Below, piece after piece: positions 38,340 to 46,913 of a stretch of DNA of 64,000 nucleotides (position 1 is its first letter; each line of letters opens with the position of its first letter). A program made the translations under genes and the position numbers. Where the stretch lies: positions 21,311-85,310 of the IMG/VR virus record IMGVR_UViG_3300035162_004467; one strand, written 5' to 3'. A model generated the notes under the pieces. The model was not told the DNA's origin, ran no database searches, and was given only the letters and a program-made list of their open reading frames with translations. This stretch comes from a virus.

Positions 38340-40900
38340 TGTTTGAAGATTTTTCTATTTATGATGATTGTGAGCCGCTTGGTGTGGAATTGCCAAAGAC
38401 TTCAGTGAGCGAAACTGTTTTGAAGAGCATCGACCTTGATAAAAAAAGCTCGACTAAAGAGATCATGTATGAGCTTGCTCGTAAGGGTTTACGAGACAAG
38501 GGCATTACAAACTTTAGTAATAAAAAAGAATATTTTGATAGGACTATACAAGAGCTAGAAACTTTCGAAGAGCTTGGGTTTACAGATTATATTTTGTTGA
38601 ACTGGGATGTTCTAAACTTCTGTCATGAGAATAAAATTCCTACTGGAGCAGGTCGCGGCTCCGCTGCTGGGTCTTTAGTTTTGTATTTGCTTGGGGTCAC
38701 TAATATTGATCCTATCCCTCATAATTTGTTCTTTGAACGTTTTGTATCAAAGAGTCGTGCTAAAAAAGTTTACGATAAACGAAACAAAGAGTTCCTTGTT
38801 GGTAGTCTTCTTCCTGACGTTGACTCAGATATTAGTTACGATCAGAGGCAAAAAGTGATTCAATATATTGAAAAAAAACATGAGGGCAGGACAGCAAAGA
38901 TCTTAACCTTCAACACTTTTAGTTCCAAGCTTTGCATCAGAGAAGCCACTAAGTATTTTGATGAAGCTAAGGAAGACCAAGCTAATTCGGTTAGTGACAT
39001 GATCCCCAAGCTTCATGGTAAGGTGTCCTCTTTAGAGAGCGCGAGAGAAGAGAATGAAAGGTTTGACAGTTGGGCAATTAAACATGATAGGACTTTTGTC
39101 AATGCTAAGAGGATTGAGAATCTAATTAAAAATACGGGTGTTCATCCATCTGGCATTGCTATTTGCTCACAATCAATCGGAGATGTTGTGCCTCTTCAAA
39201 AGACCAAAGATGGAGACTTGATAACAGGCTATAACATGCATGATGTCGCTGACCTTATGGTTAAGTTCGATATTCTTGGACTAAGAACACTTACAATCGC
39301 TCACAGAACTTGTGACAAAATTGGGATTAGCGTAGATGATATAGATGCTAATGACTCATTCATATACGATAAACTTCAAAGTTACAACCACCCAGAAGGT
39401 CTTTTCCAAATCTCTGCGGATACTAACTTTAGGGTTTGCCAAGAAGTTAAGCCAGATAATCTAGACGAGCTTTCTGACGTTGTCGCTCTGGCTCGCCCCG
39501 CTGCCTTGCAATTCGTTGCTGAGTATTGTAACCAGAAGATGGCTCCTTCTGATTTGAATCTTCACCCAGAGTTAGATAAGATTCTTTCTTGGTCTAAAAA
39601 TGTTATCTTGTACCAAGAGCAGTTGATGCAAATTGCTCACAAGGTGTTTGGGTTTACACTTGAAGAGGCTGAAACACTTAGGCGTATCGTTGGTAAGAAG
39701 AAAGTTGATGAGATGCCAGCATGGGAAGAAAAAATTTATACTGCTGGAGAAAAGCTTGGTCTTGGAGAAGAGATTTGTAAATTCTACTGGGACGCTCTTG
39801 ATGCTTCTGCGAACTATTCCTTTAATAAGTCCCACAGTTTTGCTTACGCTGAATTAGCAGCGAAGACTGTATACTTAAAATACAAATACCCTAGAGAGTT
39901 TTTCTTATCTGTTCTTGAGTCTTCTGAGTTCGACCCAGATCCTTTGGGAGTTGTCTCTTCTGTCCATCAAGAGTTAGACTACTTTGGTATTAAATTACTT
40001 CCCCCGAATTTATTTAAATCGAAAATGAATTTTTCTATTGAGGGAGATGATATCAGATATGGTCTAAATGGCATTAAAGGCATTTCCTCTAAATCTAAAG
40101 AGGGTCTTTTGTCTTTCAAAGGGTCAGATGGTTTTGAAGGTAAGTATGATGTATTCGCTGCTGCAAAGAATTGTGGCATTAACATTTCGGTATTAGCTGC
40201 TTTGATCCAAGCAGGAGCTATGGACGAGTCTACAAACAAAAGAGGAAGACTAGTTTTAGAGGCTCAAGCTTTCAACATCTTGACAGATAGGGAGAAGAGA
40301 AATTTTAATCTATTTAAAGAGAGGTTCGGCGATGATATTCTAAAAGCAATATCAGAAGTGATGAGGGTAAATGCTGTTGCTGATGATGGCCGTCCAATAA
40401 TGAAGGAGTCTAGGTTTGAGACTTTTAAGAGGAACTTCAAGAACTATAAAGAAATTTTTGACAAAAATAAGCCATTCCAGAAGTTTTGTAATTGGTGGTA
40501 TGAGAACACTTTGCTGGGCTATAGTTACTCTTTCGATTTGAGAGATTGCTTCGAAGATGAATTTGGCTCCATGAGCTGTTTAAGAGACGTAGATGAAATC
40601 TCAGAAAGAACAAGCTTCAAGGTGGTTTGCCAAGTAAAAGATTTTTTTACGAACATATCTCAAAGCGGTAATAAGTATATGATGATTCATGGTTCTGACA
40701 ATACAGGATCAGCTAAATTCTTAATTATGGATAATTCTAGATCAAGCACTCTCTCTGATTTTCTCTCACAATACAAAATATCAAAAGATTGCATTTTGGT
40801 CTTGAACGCCAGCAAGGGTCGTGGTACTAGTTTTGTGAACTCAGCGAGGGTGGTCGATACAAAGATTATGATGAAGCTGAAAGATCTGAATAAAAAATGA
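38336..40900 (+). CDS. dnaE: DNA polymerase III alpha catalytic subunit lacking PHP
   Basis: GRGSAAGS, FFERF, PDVDSD, HPSG, KFDILGL, YQEQLM, YSFNKSH, C-terminal OB fold. Confidence 0.93.
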   Translation: MMFEDFSIYDDCEPLGVELPKTSVSETVLKSIDLDKKSSTKEIMYELARKGLRDKGITNFSNKKEYFDRTIQELETFEELGFTDYILLNWDVLNFCHENKIPTGAGRGSAAGSLVLYLLGVTNIDPIPHNLFFERFVSKSRAKKVYDKRNKEFLVGSLLPDVDSDISYDQRQKVIQYIEKKHEGRTAKILTFNTFSSKLCIREATKYFDEAKEDQANSVSDMIPKLHGKVSSLESAREENERFDSWAIKHDRTFVNAKRIENLIKNTGVHPSGIAICSQSIGDVVPLQKTKDGDLITGYNMHDVADLMVKFDILGLRTLTIAHRTCDKIGISVDDIDANDSFIYDKLQSYNHPEGLFQISADTNFRVCQEVKPDNLDELSDVVALARPAALQFVAEYCNQKMAPSDLNLHPELDKILSWSKNVILYQEQLMQIAHKVFGFTLEEAETLRRIVGKKKVDEMPAWEEKIYTAGEKLGLGEEICKFYWDALDASANYSFNKSHSFAYAELAAKTVYLKYKYPREFFLSVLESSEFDPDPLGVVSSVHQELDYFGIKLLPPNLFKSKMNFSIEGDDIRYGLNGIKGISSKSKEGLLSFKGSDGFEGKYDVFAAAKNCGINISVLAALIQAGAMDESTNKRGRLVLEAQAFNILTDREKRNFNLFKERFGDDILKAISEVMRVNAVADDGRPIMKESRFETFKRNFKNYKEIFDKNKPFQKFCNWWYENTLLGYSYSFDLRDCFEDEFGSMSCLRDVDEISERTSFKVVCQVKDFFTNISQSGNKYMMIHGSDNTGSAKFLIMDNSRSSTLSDFLSQYKISKDCILVLNASKGRGTSFVNSARVVDTKIMMKLKDLNKK

Positions 40901-43188
40901 TTGATTTAACTTTTACTCCTCAAATTAGGTCTGTATTCGAAAAGTCTCGTGACTTGTCTCTTGATTTGAAGAGGAACGGTGTGGATATGGACATATTCTT
41001 CCACTGTTTCATTCATGACCTTAGTTTGTCTTGTCAGACTATACTGGATAAATATAGATGCCTCAATGCCTTGAAATTGGCCTCTAAGAAGGTTATGTCC
41101 GAGAAGAAAGAGACTAAAGTAATTTCTAAGAGATACACCCCCAAGTTAAATAAATTTATTGAGTATTGTGAAATAACGCAGTTGGAGTTTTTTGGAGGAG
41201 ATTATATTTCGCCAGAAATAATCCTTTTAAACTTTCTTAATGAAGACTATACTCCCAAGGCTTTTTCTGAAGTTTTAGATCAGGACATACATACAGATTT
41301 GGTTTATGATATATCAAAGTTTTGTCGGGACGAGGATGTTGAAGAAGAGATACAAGATGGTTCATGGGAATCTCTTTCCAAAGATGTCACAGAAGATTGG
41401 ATAGACATGTTTGATGAAAACCCAACTCTTGATCAGTTCGCAGAAAATTTAAATTTGAAAGCTTCCCGCCAAGAGTTTGATAAAATAGTAGATTTTGATG
41501 ATAAAATATCAGAGATAGCCACCATCCTTTGTCGGAAGAAAAAGCCAAATGCAATTTTAGTGGGACCAGCGGGAACTGGTAAAACATCTTTGATTGAAGG
41601 ATTAGCGTCTCAAATCGTCAATGGAGAAGCTCCAGAGCTTATTGCTAATAAAGTGATCTACTCTCTTAGCTTGTCTAGTATGGTTGCTGGAACGCAGTAT
41701 CGTGGTCAGTTTGAAGAGAGGTTGGAAAAGTTTGTGGATGAAATTAAGAAGTACAATAATATTATTTTGTTTATTGACGAAGTCCATACTCTTGTCGGGG
41801 CTGGAGGAACTACAGAAAATTCTTTAGAAGCTTCTAATATACTCAAGCCTGAGCTTGCTCGTGGTACTATTAGTTGCATTGGAGCTACCACAATTAACGA
41901 ATATACAAACACGATTAAAAAAGACTCTGCTTTAGATCGTCGTTTTGAAAGAGTGGTCATCAAAGAGCCTTCCAAGTTCCAGATGAAGGAGATCCTACCT
42001 ACTATAGCTTCTCACTACGAAGACTTTCATGCGGTAAAGTATACTGAAGATTTTATTGATCATGTTATTGATTTCTGTGAGAAATATATCCCCAATAAAT
42101 TTTATCCAGATAAGGCGATTGATGTGATTGATCATTGTGGAGCGCAAGCTAAAGTTTCTCACTGGGGAAGCGATAGCTCATTAAAAGACTTGCGGAAAGA
42201 AATAGAAGATAGTGATGTAGATCTTGCCTCAACAGAATCGTTATTGTCATTTGTAACAGGGAAATTATCAGATTGGTCTGAAAGTAAGGATGTTGAAGAC
42301 CCAAATGTTACAATAAAGCATCTTAAAGATTTCTTTTCAAAGAAAGAGAACCCTCTTAGGAAACCAAAAAATTTATCTGACCTCTCTACGGGCTTGAAGA
42401 AAAAGCTTATAGGTAATAACAAGGTTATCGATTCTCTTATTGGATCGATCTCTCTATCTAATTACGGGATGCATAAAAAAGGGGCAGCTCCTAGTATTTA
42501 TTGTATCACTGGAGTAGAGTCTAGCGGCAAAAGCTTTTTCTGTTCAACTTTGAAGGATTCTCTTGAGAAAAGTGGGATAAATGTGCTGAACTACAGCGGA
42601 GTCCATTTTTCTGACGAGTTTGCTAAGTTCAAAGTTTTGCCAGAAGTGATGAACAATACTTCTCTATGTGAGAAGATCAATATCCACCCCAATAGTGTTA
42701 TTATTATTGATGACTTTCATAAACTACACCCCTCTGTAAAGACCATATTTGCTCAAATATTAAAGGATGGCAAGCTCCAGATGTCAAATGGTGACCTAGC
42801 AGACTTCTCTAACGCTAAAATATTTGTGACAAGTGGAGTAGAGAATGCAGTATCAATGGGCTTTAATTCAGAAGAGGATTCTCCAACTTCATCTATTTTT
42901 AAAGAGTTATTATCTCTAGTTGATTGCAACTTAGTATTAAATGAGGTTCGTAAAAAAGACATATTCAGAATCCTATACCACAAGCTACAGAAGATTAACG
43001 AGGATTTGAGATTGAGCGATATAGAGGTTGTGTTTACACTGAGTTTCCTAAAAGAATTCGCTCGTTCTTCAAAAAATTTGGTGGATTTCCAAGATCGTTT
43101 TGATAACCAGATTAATAAGTTCATATGCCAAGAGTTGACGGGAAATGCCTCAAAAATAAATTTAGCCGAAATGAGCTTTCTTAGTTGA
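40897..43188 (+). CDS. ClpA/ClpC-like AAA+ ATPase
   Basis: GPAGTGKT, AGTQYRGQFEER, IDEVHTLVGAG, LKPELARG, ALDRRF, PDKAID; divergent second module GVESSGKS / IIIDDFHK; SMGF loop. Confidence 0.9.
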   Translation: MIDLTFTPQIRSVFEKSRDLSLDLKRNGVDMDIFFHCFIHDLSLSCQTILDKYRCLNALKLASKKVMSEKKETKVISKRYTPKLNKFIEYCEITQLEFFGGDYISPEIILLNFLNEDYTPKAFSEVLDQDIHTDLVYDISKFCRDEDVEEEIQDGSWESLSKDVTEDWIDMFDENPTLDQFAENLNLKASRQEFDKIVDFDDKISEIATILCRKKKPNAILVGPAGTGKTSLIEGLASQIVNGEAPELIANKVIYSLSLSSMVAGTQYRGQFEERLEKFVDEIKKYNNIILFIDEVHTLVGAGGTTENSLEASNILKPELARGTISCIGATTINEYTNTIKKDSALDRRFERVVIKEPSKFQMKEILPTIASHYEDFHAVKYTEDFIDHVIDFCEKYIPNKFYPDKAIDVIDHCGAQAKVSHWGSDSSLKDLRKEIEDSDVDLASTESLLSFVTGKLSDWSESKDVEDPNVTIKHLKDFFSKKENPLRKPKNLSDLSTGLKKKLIGNNKVIDSLIGSISLSNYGMHKKGAAPSIYCITGVESSGKSFFCSTLKDSLEKSGINVLNYSGVHFSDEFAKFKVLPEVMNNTSLCEKINIHPNSVIIIDDFHKLHPSVKTIFAQILKDGKLQMSNGDLADFSNAKIFVTSGVENAVSMGFNSEEDSPTSSIFKELLSLVDCNLVLNEVRKKDIFRILYHKLQKINEDLRLSDIEVVFTLSFLKEFARSSKNLVDFQDRFDNQINKFICQELTGNASKINLAEMSFLS

Positions 43189-43212
43189 TAAAAGCCCATT
43201 CCCCCTTACAAT
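43185..43212 (+). promoter_or_regulatory. sigma70-like promoter
   Basis: TTGATA-16 nt-TACAAT upstream of the small-ORF cluster. Confidence 0.5.
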
Positions 43213-43221
43213 AATGCGATT

Positions 43222-43431
43222 ATGAAATTAAACAGGAAGCAGCAAACTGCACTTAATGTTATTCGCGGAACTCGTGGCCGTTTCTTTGGTCTTCGGACCT
43301 CTCAGGGAGAGACTTTTAACGCTCAATTCCGTGGCGAGACGGACAGCTATATCCAAATATTTGACCGCAATAATGGTCTTCTTCGTCGTTTCGCTAAAAC
43401 AAGTCTTGACAAAGTCTCATTTGGCAAGTAA
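43222..43431 (+). CDS. Small basic hypothetical protein
   Basis: 69 aa, Arg/Lys-rich, promoter upstream, TAATG-coupled to the next ORF. Confidence 0.65.
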   Translation: MKLNRKQQTALNVIRGTRGRFFGLRTSQGETFNAQFRGETDSYIQIFDRNNGLLRRFAKTSLDKVSFGK

Positions 43432-43580
43432 TGAGTGGTTCTACCTCAAGGTATTTGAGAAACTTGATTTCATTTCAAGCAGACCCAATCATGAAAAGAG
43501 TTTACAAGCGCCTTAAGAAGCGCTATACTGAACTTCCTCACAATAAAAAGCATTTAATTAAATCTTATATTAATCTATGA
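43431..43580 (+). CDS. Small basic protein, 49 aa (not in ORF track)
   Basis: MSGSTSRYLRNLISFQADPIMKRVYKRLKKRY...; TAATG and ATGA coupling at its two ends. Confidence 0.65.
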   Translation: MSGSTSRYLRNLISFQADPIMKRVYKRLKKRYTELPHNKKHLIKSYINL

Positions 43581-43780
43581 ACGAAAATAATACATCCAGT
43601 GAATGGTCAGAGCGTGAAATCGGAGCCTTATGGCGTAAAGGTGGCGATAAGCCATTTTATTCTGGCAACCTCACAATCGGAGACGAAAAAGTTGAAATCG
43701 TAATCTTTAAGAACAAATTTAAAGAGAAGGATACTCAGCCAGATCTTCGCATTTATAAAAGTAAAGCCTTACAGAAGTAA
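43577..43780 (+). CDS. DUF736-like small protein
   Basis: IGALWRK...FYSGNL...NKFK...QPDLRIY. Confidence 0.65.
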   Translation: MNENNTSSEWSEREIGALWRKGGDKPFYSGNLTIGDEKVEIVIFKNKFKEKDTQPDLRIYKSKALQK

Positions 43781-43968
43781 TGGCTCCAGAGCAAGAACAA
43801 GAGCTTCATGCAGCTCTTGTGAATCATATTACAAGCAACTTAACTTTCGCAGAGTTAATAGATATAATCTCTACTTTAGTCAAAGATGAGGTTGATCGAA
43901 AGTTTGAAAATATGAGTGAAGAAGAAAAGCTTCAAAGTTATAATGAAATTTTTAAAAAAGAAGTGTAA
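43780..43968 (+). CDS. Small acidic hypothetical protein
   Basis: 62 aa helical ORF, TAATG-coupled. Confidence 0.6.
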   Translation: MAPEQEQELHAALVNHITSNLTFAELIDIISTLVKDEVDRKFENMSEEEKLQSYNEIFKKEV

Positions 43969-43977
43969 CATCATTTG

Positions 43978-44961
43978 ATGGAATACGATTTTTCTAAAGA
44001 AGCTAAAGAATTTCTTGATTCTCAAGCTGCCAAAAAATCTGGGCCTGAAAGTGGAGCGGAAACTCCAGCGGAAACTCCAGCGGAGCCTAGTGAACGCGAA
44101 AAAGGTTCTAGCAAGAACAAGAAAGGCAGTGCGGGTAAAGATGGAAAGAAAATAGCCTTCTCAGAAAAAGTTGTTACTGCTCTAAAAAATAAAGTTAAGG
44201 AGCATAACGCAAAGCATTCTAAAAAGGTTTCGCTTACACAACTTAAAAAAATATACCGCAGAGGTGCGGGGGCATTTAGTTCTAGTCATCGCGTTGGAAA
44301 GACCAGAGGTCAGTGGGCGATGGCTAGGGTTAATATGTTTTTAAAAATGGTGAGTGGAGGCGAAGTCAAGAAGTCTTACCGTGCAGCAGATCAAGATGTT
44401 GTCGAGGGTTCAGAAGAATACTACCTAGAAGAAGAAAATCTGGCTTTTGTATGCTTTGATGAATTGGATTTCGCTTTAGCTCGTTTTGATCTTCAAAGAG
44501 TTGATGCTTTAGAAGAATCAACTCAAGAGATCGAAGATCTTGAGTATACAGAAGCAGAGAAAAAAACTTTAAATAAGCCTTTCCGTTTAAAGGATGGCAA
44601 GAAGAAGTTTGGCGTTTATGTGAAGAATCCAAAAACTGGCAATGTCATTATGGTCAAATTTGGTGATCCCAATATGGAGATCAAGCGTGATGACCCAGAC
44701 CGTCGCCGTAATTTTCGCGCTCGCCACAAGTGTGACACAGCTAAAGACAAAACTACTCCCCGCTACTGGAGTTGTAAATTTTGGTCTAAAAAGCCTGTTA
44801 GCTCAATGGCTTCTGAAGAAGTTATCGCTTGGGACGATAACGAGCAGTTCTCTCAGTGGTGCTGGAACGATGAGTCTTTTGCAGAGCATCAAGATTTATT
44901 GAATGGATATCCATTCTTAGAATCAGTAAAAAAAATTGTAGAAGACGAAGGCGAACTTTAA
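43978..44961 (+). CDS. Two-module basic protein with acidic linkers (first module DUF5824-like)
   Basis: KIYRRGAGAFSSSHR...QWAMARVN and KFGVYVKN...KFGDPNM...NFRARHKC...RYWSC; GTGTAA at 43963. Confidence 0.65.
   Translation: MEYDFSKEAKEFLDSQAAKKSGPESGAETPAETPAEPSEREKGSSKNKKGSAGKDGKKIAFSEKVVTALKNKVKEHNAKHSKKVSLTQLKKIYRRGAGAFSSSHRVGKTRGQWAMARVNMFLKMVSGGEVKKSYRAADQDVVEGSEEYYLEEENLAFVCFDELDFALARFDLQRVDALEESTQEIEDLEYTEAEKKTLNKPFRLKDGKKKFGVYVKNPKTGNVIMVKFGDPNMEIKRDDPDRRRNFRARHKCDTAKDKTTPRYWSCKFWSKKPVSSMASEEVIAWDDNEQFSQWCWNDESFAEHQDLLNGYPFLESVKKIVEDEGEL
44055..44084 (+). repeat. 12-bp tandem repeat, 2.5 copies
   Basis: AGCGGAAACTCC x2 plus AGCGGA, encoding AETPAETPAE. Confidence 0.85.
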
Positions 44962-44973
44962 TATAATACCTTT

Positions 44974-45774
44974 GTGAAAAGGGTATTAGTTACTGGTAGC
45001 GAGGGTTTTATTGGCAAGAATCTCTGTCCTTATCTTGAGAAAAGAGGAATAGAGGTAGTCCCTTACGACATTAAGTTCGGGGCTGGTTTGCCTCCTTTGA
45101 ATGGTATTGATGCGGTCATCCATCTTGGAGCTAATTCAAGCACTACGGAAACCGACTTAAAAAAGATTTTAAATGAGAATTTTATATTCTCTGGCACACT
45201 TTATCAATTGTGCGCGAATATGGATATTAAATTCCAATATTCTAGTAGTGGCTCTGTTTATGGGGCAGCAGAGACTTTTGAAGAGGATCAGTTCTGCGTC
45301 CCGCTAAATCCTTATGCTTACAGCAAATATATGTTTGACAACTGGCTCTTGAATGAGCATCATCCCCATCAAGGATTTCGTTATTTTAATGTGTATGGCC
45401 CACATGAGGAACACAAAGGAGACCAAGCTAGTCCAATAACTAAATTCATTAAACAAATCCAAAAAGATGGTGAGATCAAAGTATTTAGAGGAAGAGCTAG
45501 TAGAGACTTCGTGCATGTGGAAGATGTTTGTGAGGTTCATTATAGGATGCTCCATCATGATAATTCTGGCATCTTTAATGTTGGCACTGGCAACTCCGTA
45601 TCTTTTAAAGCTATTGCTGATAAAATGGCAGAAAACTCTGGGGCAAAAGTTAAACAGATTGCGATGCCAGAAAAACTGAAAGGGCAATATCAAAAATTCA
45701 CTCAAGCAGATATTACAAAGCTCACATCCGTGATTGGAGTGATGGAGTGGAAACAAGTTTTGGAGTGTATATAG
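44974..45774 (+). CDS. hldD: ADP-L-glycero-D-manno-heptose 6-epimerase-like SDR
   Basis: TGSEGFIG, HLGANSSTTE, PLNPYAYSK, FRYFNVYGPHEEHKG, RDFVHVED, YQKFTQAD; GTG start 7 nt after TATAAT. Confidence 0.85.
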   Translation: MKRVLVTGSEGFIGKNLCPYLEKRGIEVVPYDIKFGAGLPPLNGIDAVIHLGANSSTTETDLKKILNENFIFSGTLYQLCANMDIKFQYSSSGSVYGAAETFEEDQFCVPLNPYAYSKYMFDNWLLNEHHPHQGFRYFNVYGPHEEHKGDQASPITKFIKQIQKDGEIKVFRGRASRDFVHVEDVCEVHYRMLHHDNSGIFNVGTGNSVSFKAIADKMAENSGAKVKQIAMPEKLKGQYQKFTQADITKLTSVIGVMEWKQVLECI

Positions 45775-45784
45775 ATTAAGAATA

Positions 45785-46051
45785 ATGTCTTTAATTAAAA
45801 CTTTAGCTCAAAGCCTTAAATTGTACCTTGAATTAAGGAATAAATTGGCTTTCTTTGAAATTAAAAATAACCATAGAAAGATAAAAGATGAACTCATTAA
45901 TGAAATTGAAGAACTACGGGCTGCTGGTGATAGTAACTCCTCTGATCGCGCTGACCTCTTGCGGAAGCGTCTCAAATCCGAAAACGACGACTTTGAACAT
46001 ATATCAGCCGTCTTCATTAAAGCTCAAGGCGGGTCAACCAATTCAGACTGA
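45785..46051 (+). CDS. Putative i-spanin-like (Rz-like) coiled-coil protein
   Basis: 88 aa, helical; overlapped in the +1 frame by a lipoprotein gene; GTGTAT at 45765. Confidence 0.5.
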   Translation: MSLIKTLAQSLKLYLELRNKLAFFEIKNNHRKIKDELINEIEELRAAGDSNSSDRADLLRKRLKSENDDFEHISAVFIKAQGGSTNSD

Positions 46052-46136
46052 AGAGGGGGTTTACACCCCTCAGACGGATGAAGTTTGGCATTCAGATGTT
46101 CGTTACAGGAAGCTGGAGCGAGAACTTTTTGATTAA
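45888..46136 (+). CDS. Putative o-spanin-like (Rz1-like) lipoprotein
   Basis: Signal peptide KLKNYGLLVIVTPLIALTS-C with lipobox; 164 nt overlap with the upstream gene. Confidence 0.6.
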   Translation: MNSLMKLKNYGLLVIVTPLIALTSCGSVSNPKTTTLNIYQPSSLKLKAGQPIQTEEGVYTPQTDEVWHSDVRYRKLERELFD

Positions 46137-46228
46137 TTAAATCTAGTTCTCCGTCTTAATAGTAAAATTATAGGCAAGGCAACCACATATTCATAGACAA
46201 AAACTTTTTTTGGTGTAATGTATTTTAC

Positions 46229-46543
46229 ATGGATTTTAAAAATCTTATTAGAGAGTTTTTAGATGGTGGTTGGGTAATTCCTGTGATTGGGGCATCTGGC
46301 ATGATCGCTCGGATGCTTACATACAAAGGGAATGTTTCGATAAGATCTTTTTTTGGTAATGTCTTGGCTGCTGCTATATTATCTGGCATTCTATGGTTTG
46401 TTTTGCAGGATGCGCCTATAAGTGATTTTATTAAGGCTATTTCTTATGGTGTTGTTGGAGTAGTAGCCCCAGAGATAATCAATGGAGTAATCGTTTTAGC
46501 AAAAAAGTTTGAGAAGAATCCTGATAAATTCTTAAAAAAATAG
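46229..46543 (+). CDS. Putative holin
   Basis: 104 aa, three hydrophobic segments, basic C-terminus, next to the spanin-like pair; GTGTAA at 46213. Confidence 0.65.
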   Translation: MDFKNLIREFLDGGWVIPVIGASGMIARMLTYKGNVSIRSFFGNVLAAAILSGILWFVLQDAPISDFIKAISYGVVGVVAPEIINGVIVLAKKFEKNPDKFLKK

Positions 46544-46565
46544 GAAATTAGTGTAACATAAAACA

Positions 46566-46913
46566 ATGGCTGGGACAAAATATGATATCGTTATTGAGCA
46601 GGGCGCTTGTCTCGACATTCCTTTAACTTTAAAGGATGACTCTAATACGGCCTATGATTTAAGGACGGATCAGGTTTATTTGACTGGAGTTATTTACCGT
46701 GATTACGATCAGGCGGTTCAAGCAACTTTCACTTATTCTGAAACTGATGCTATTAATGGTGCTGCCAAAATGTCTTTGAGTAGTTCTGATACTCAAGCTA
46801 TGGAACCAGCTTATAGTTCTTACGATATCTTTTTAATTAAATCTGATGGTTGTGTTGACAGGTTGTTATATGGAATGGCGACTATTAGCGGAACCTCCGT
46901 TCCTCTTCCATGA
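46566..46913 (+). CDS. Small virion beta-sandwich protein (fibre adaptor-like)
   Basis: YDIVIEQGA...YDL...LSSSDT...YDI...RLLYG pattern, commonly seen before fibre genes; GTGTAA at 46551. Confidence 0.6.
   Translation: MAGTKYDIVIEQGACLDIPLTLKDDSNTAYDLRTDQVYLTGVIYRDYDQAVQATFTYSETDAINGAAKMSLSSSDTQAMEPAYSSYDIFLIKSDGCVDRLLYGMATISGTSVPLP

Noticed and set aside
22356-40900. Inteins or introns in nrdA, nrdB, recA, dnaB or dnaE
   Set aside because: Proteins are normal or short in length with no intein or homing endonuclease motifs.
15603-45774. Bacterial chromosomal LPS locus or cellular origin
   Set aside because: Sugar and replication genes are interleaved with tape measure, fibre, lysis and phage sigma genes; no cellular housekeeping or transport genes.
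46137-46228. tRNA or other ncRNA in intergenic gaps
   Set aside because: No cloverleaf, T-loop motif or stable stem found by eye here or in other gaps.
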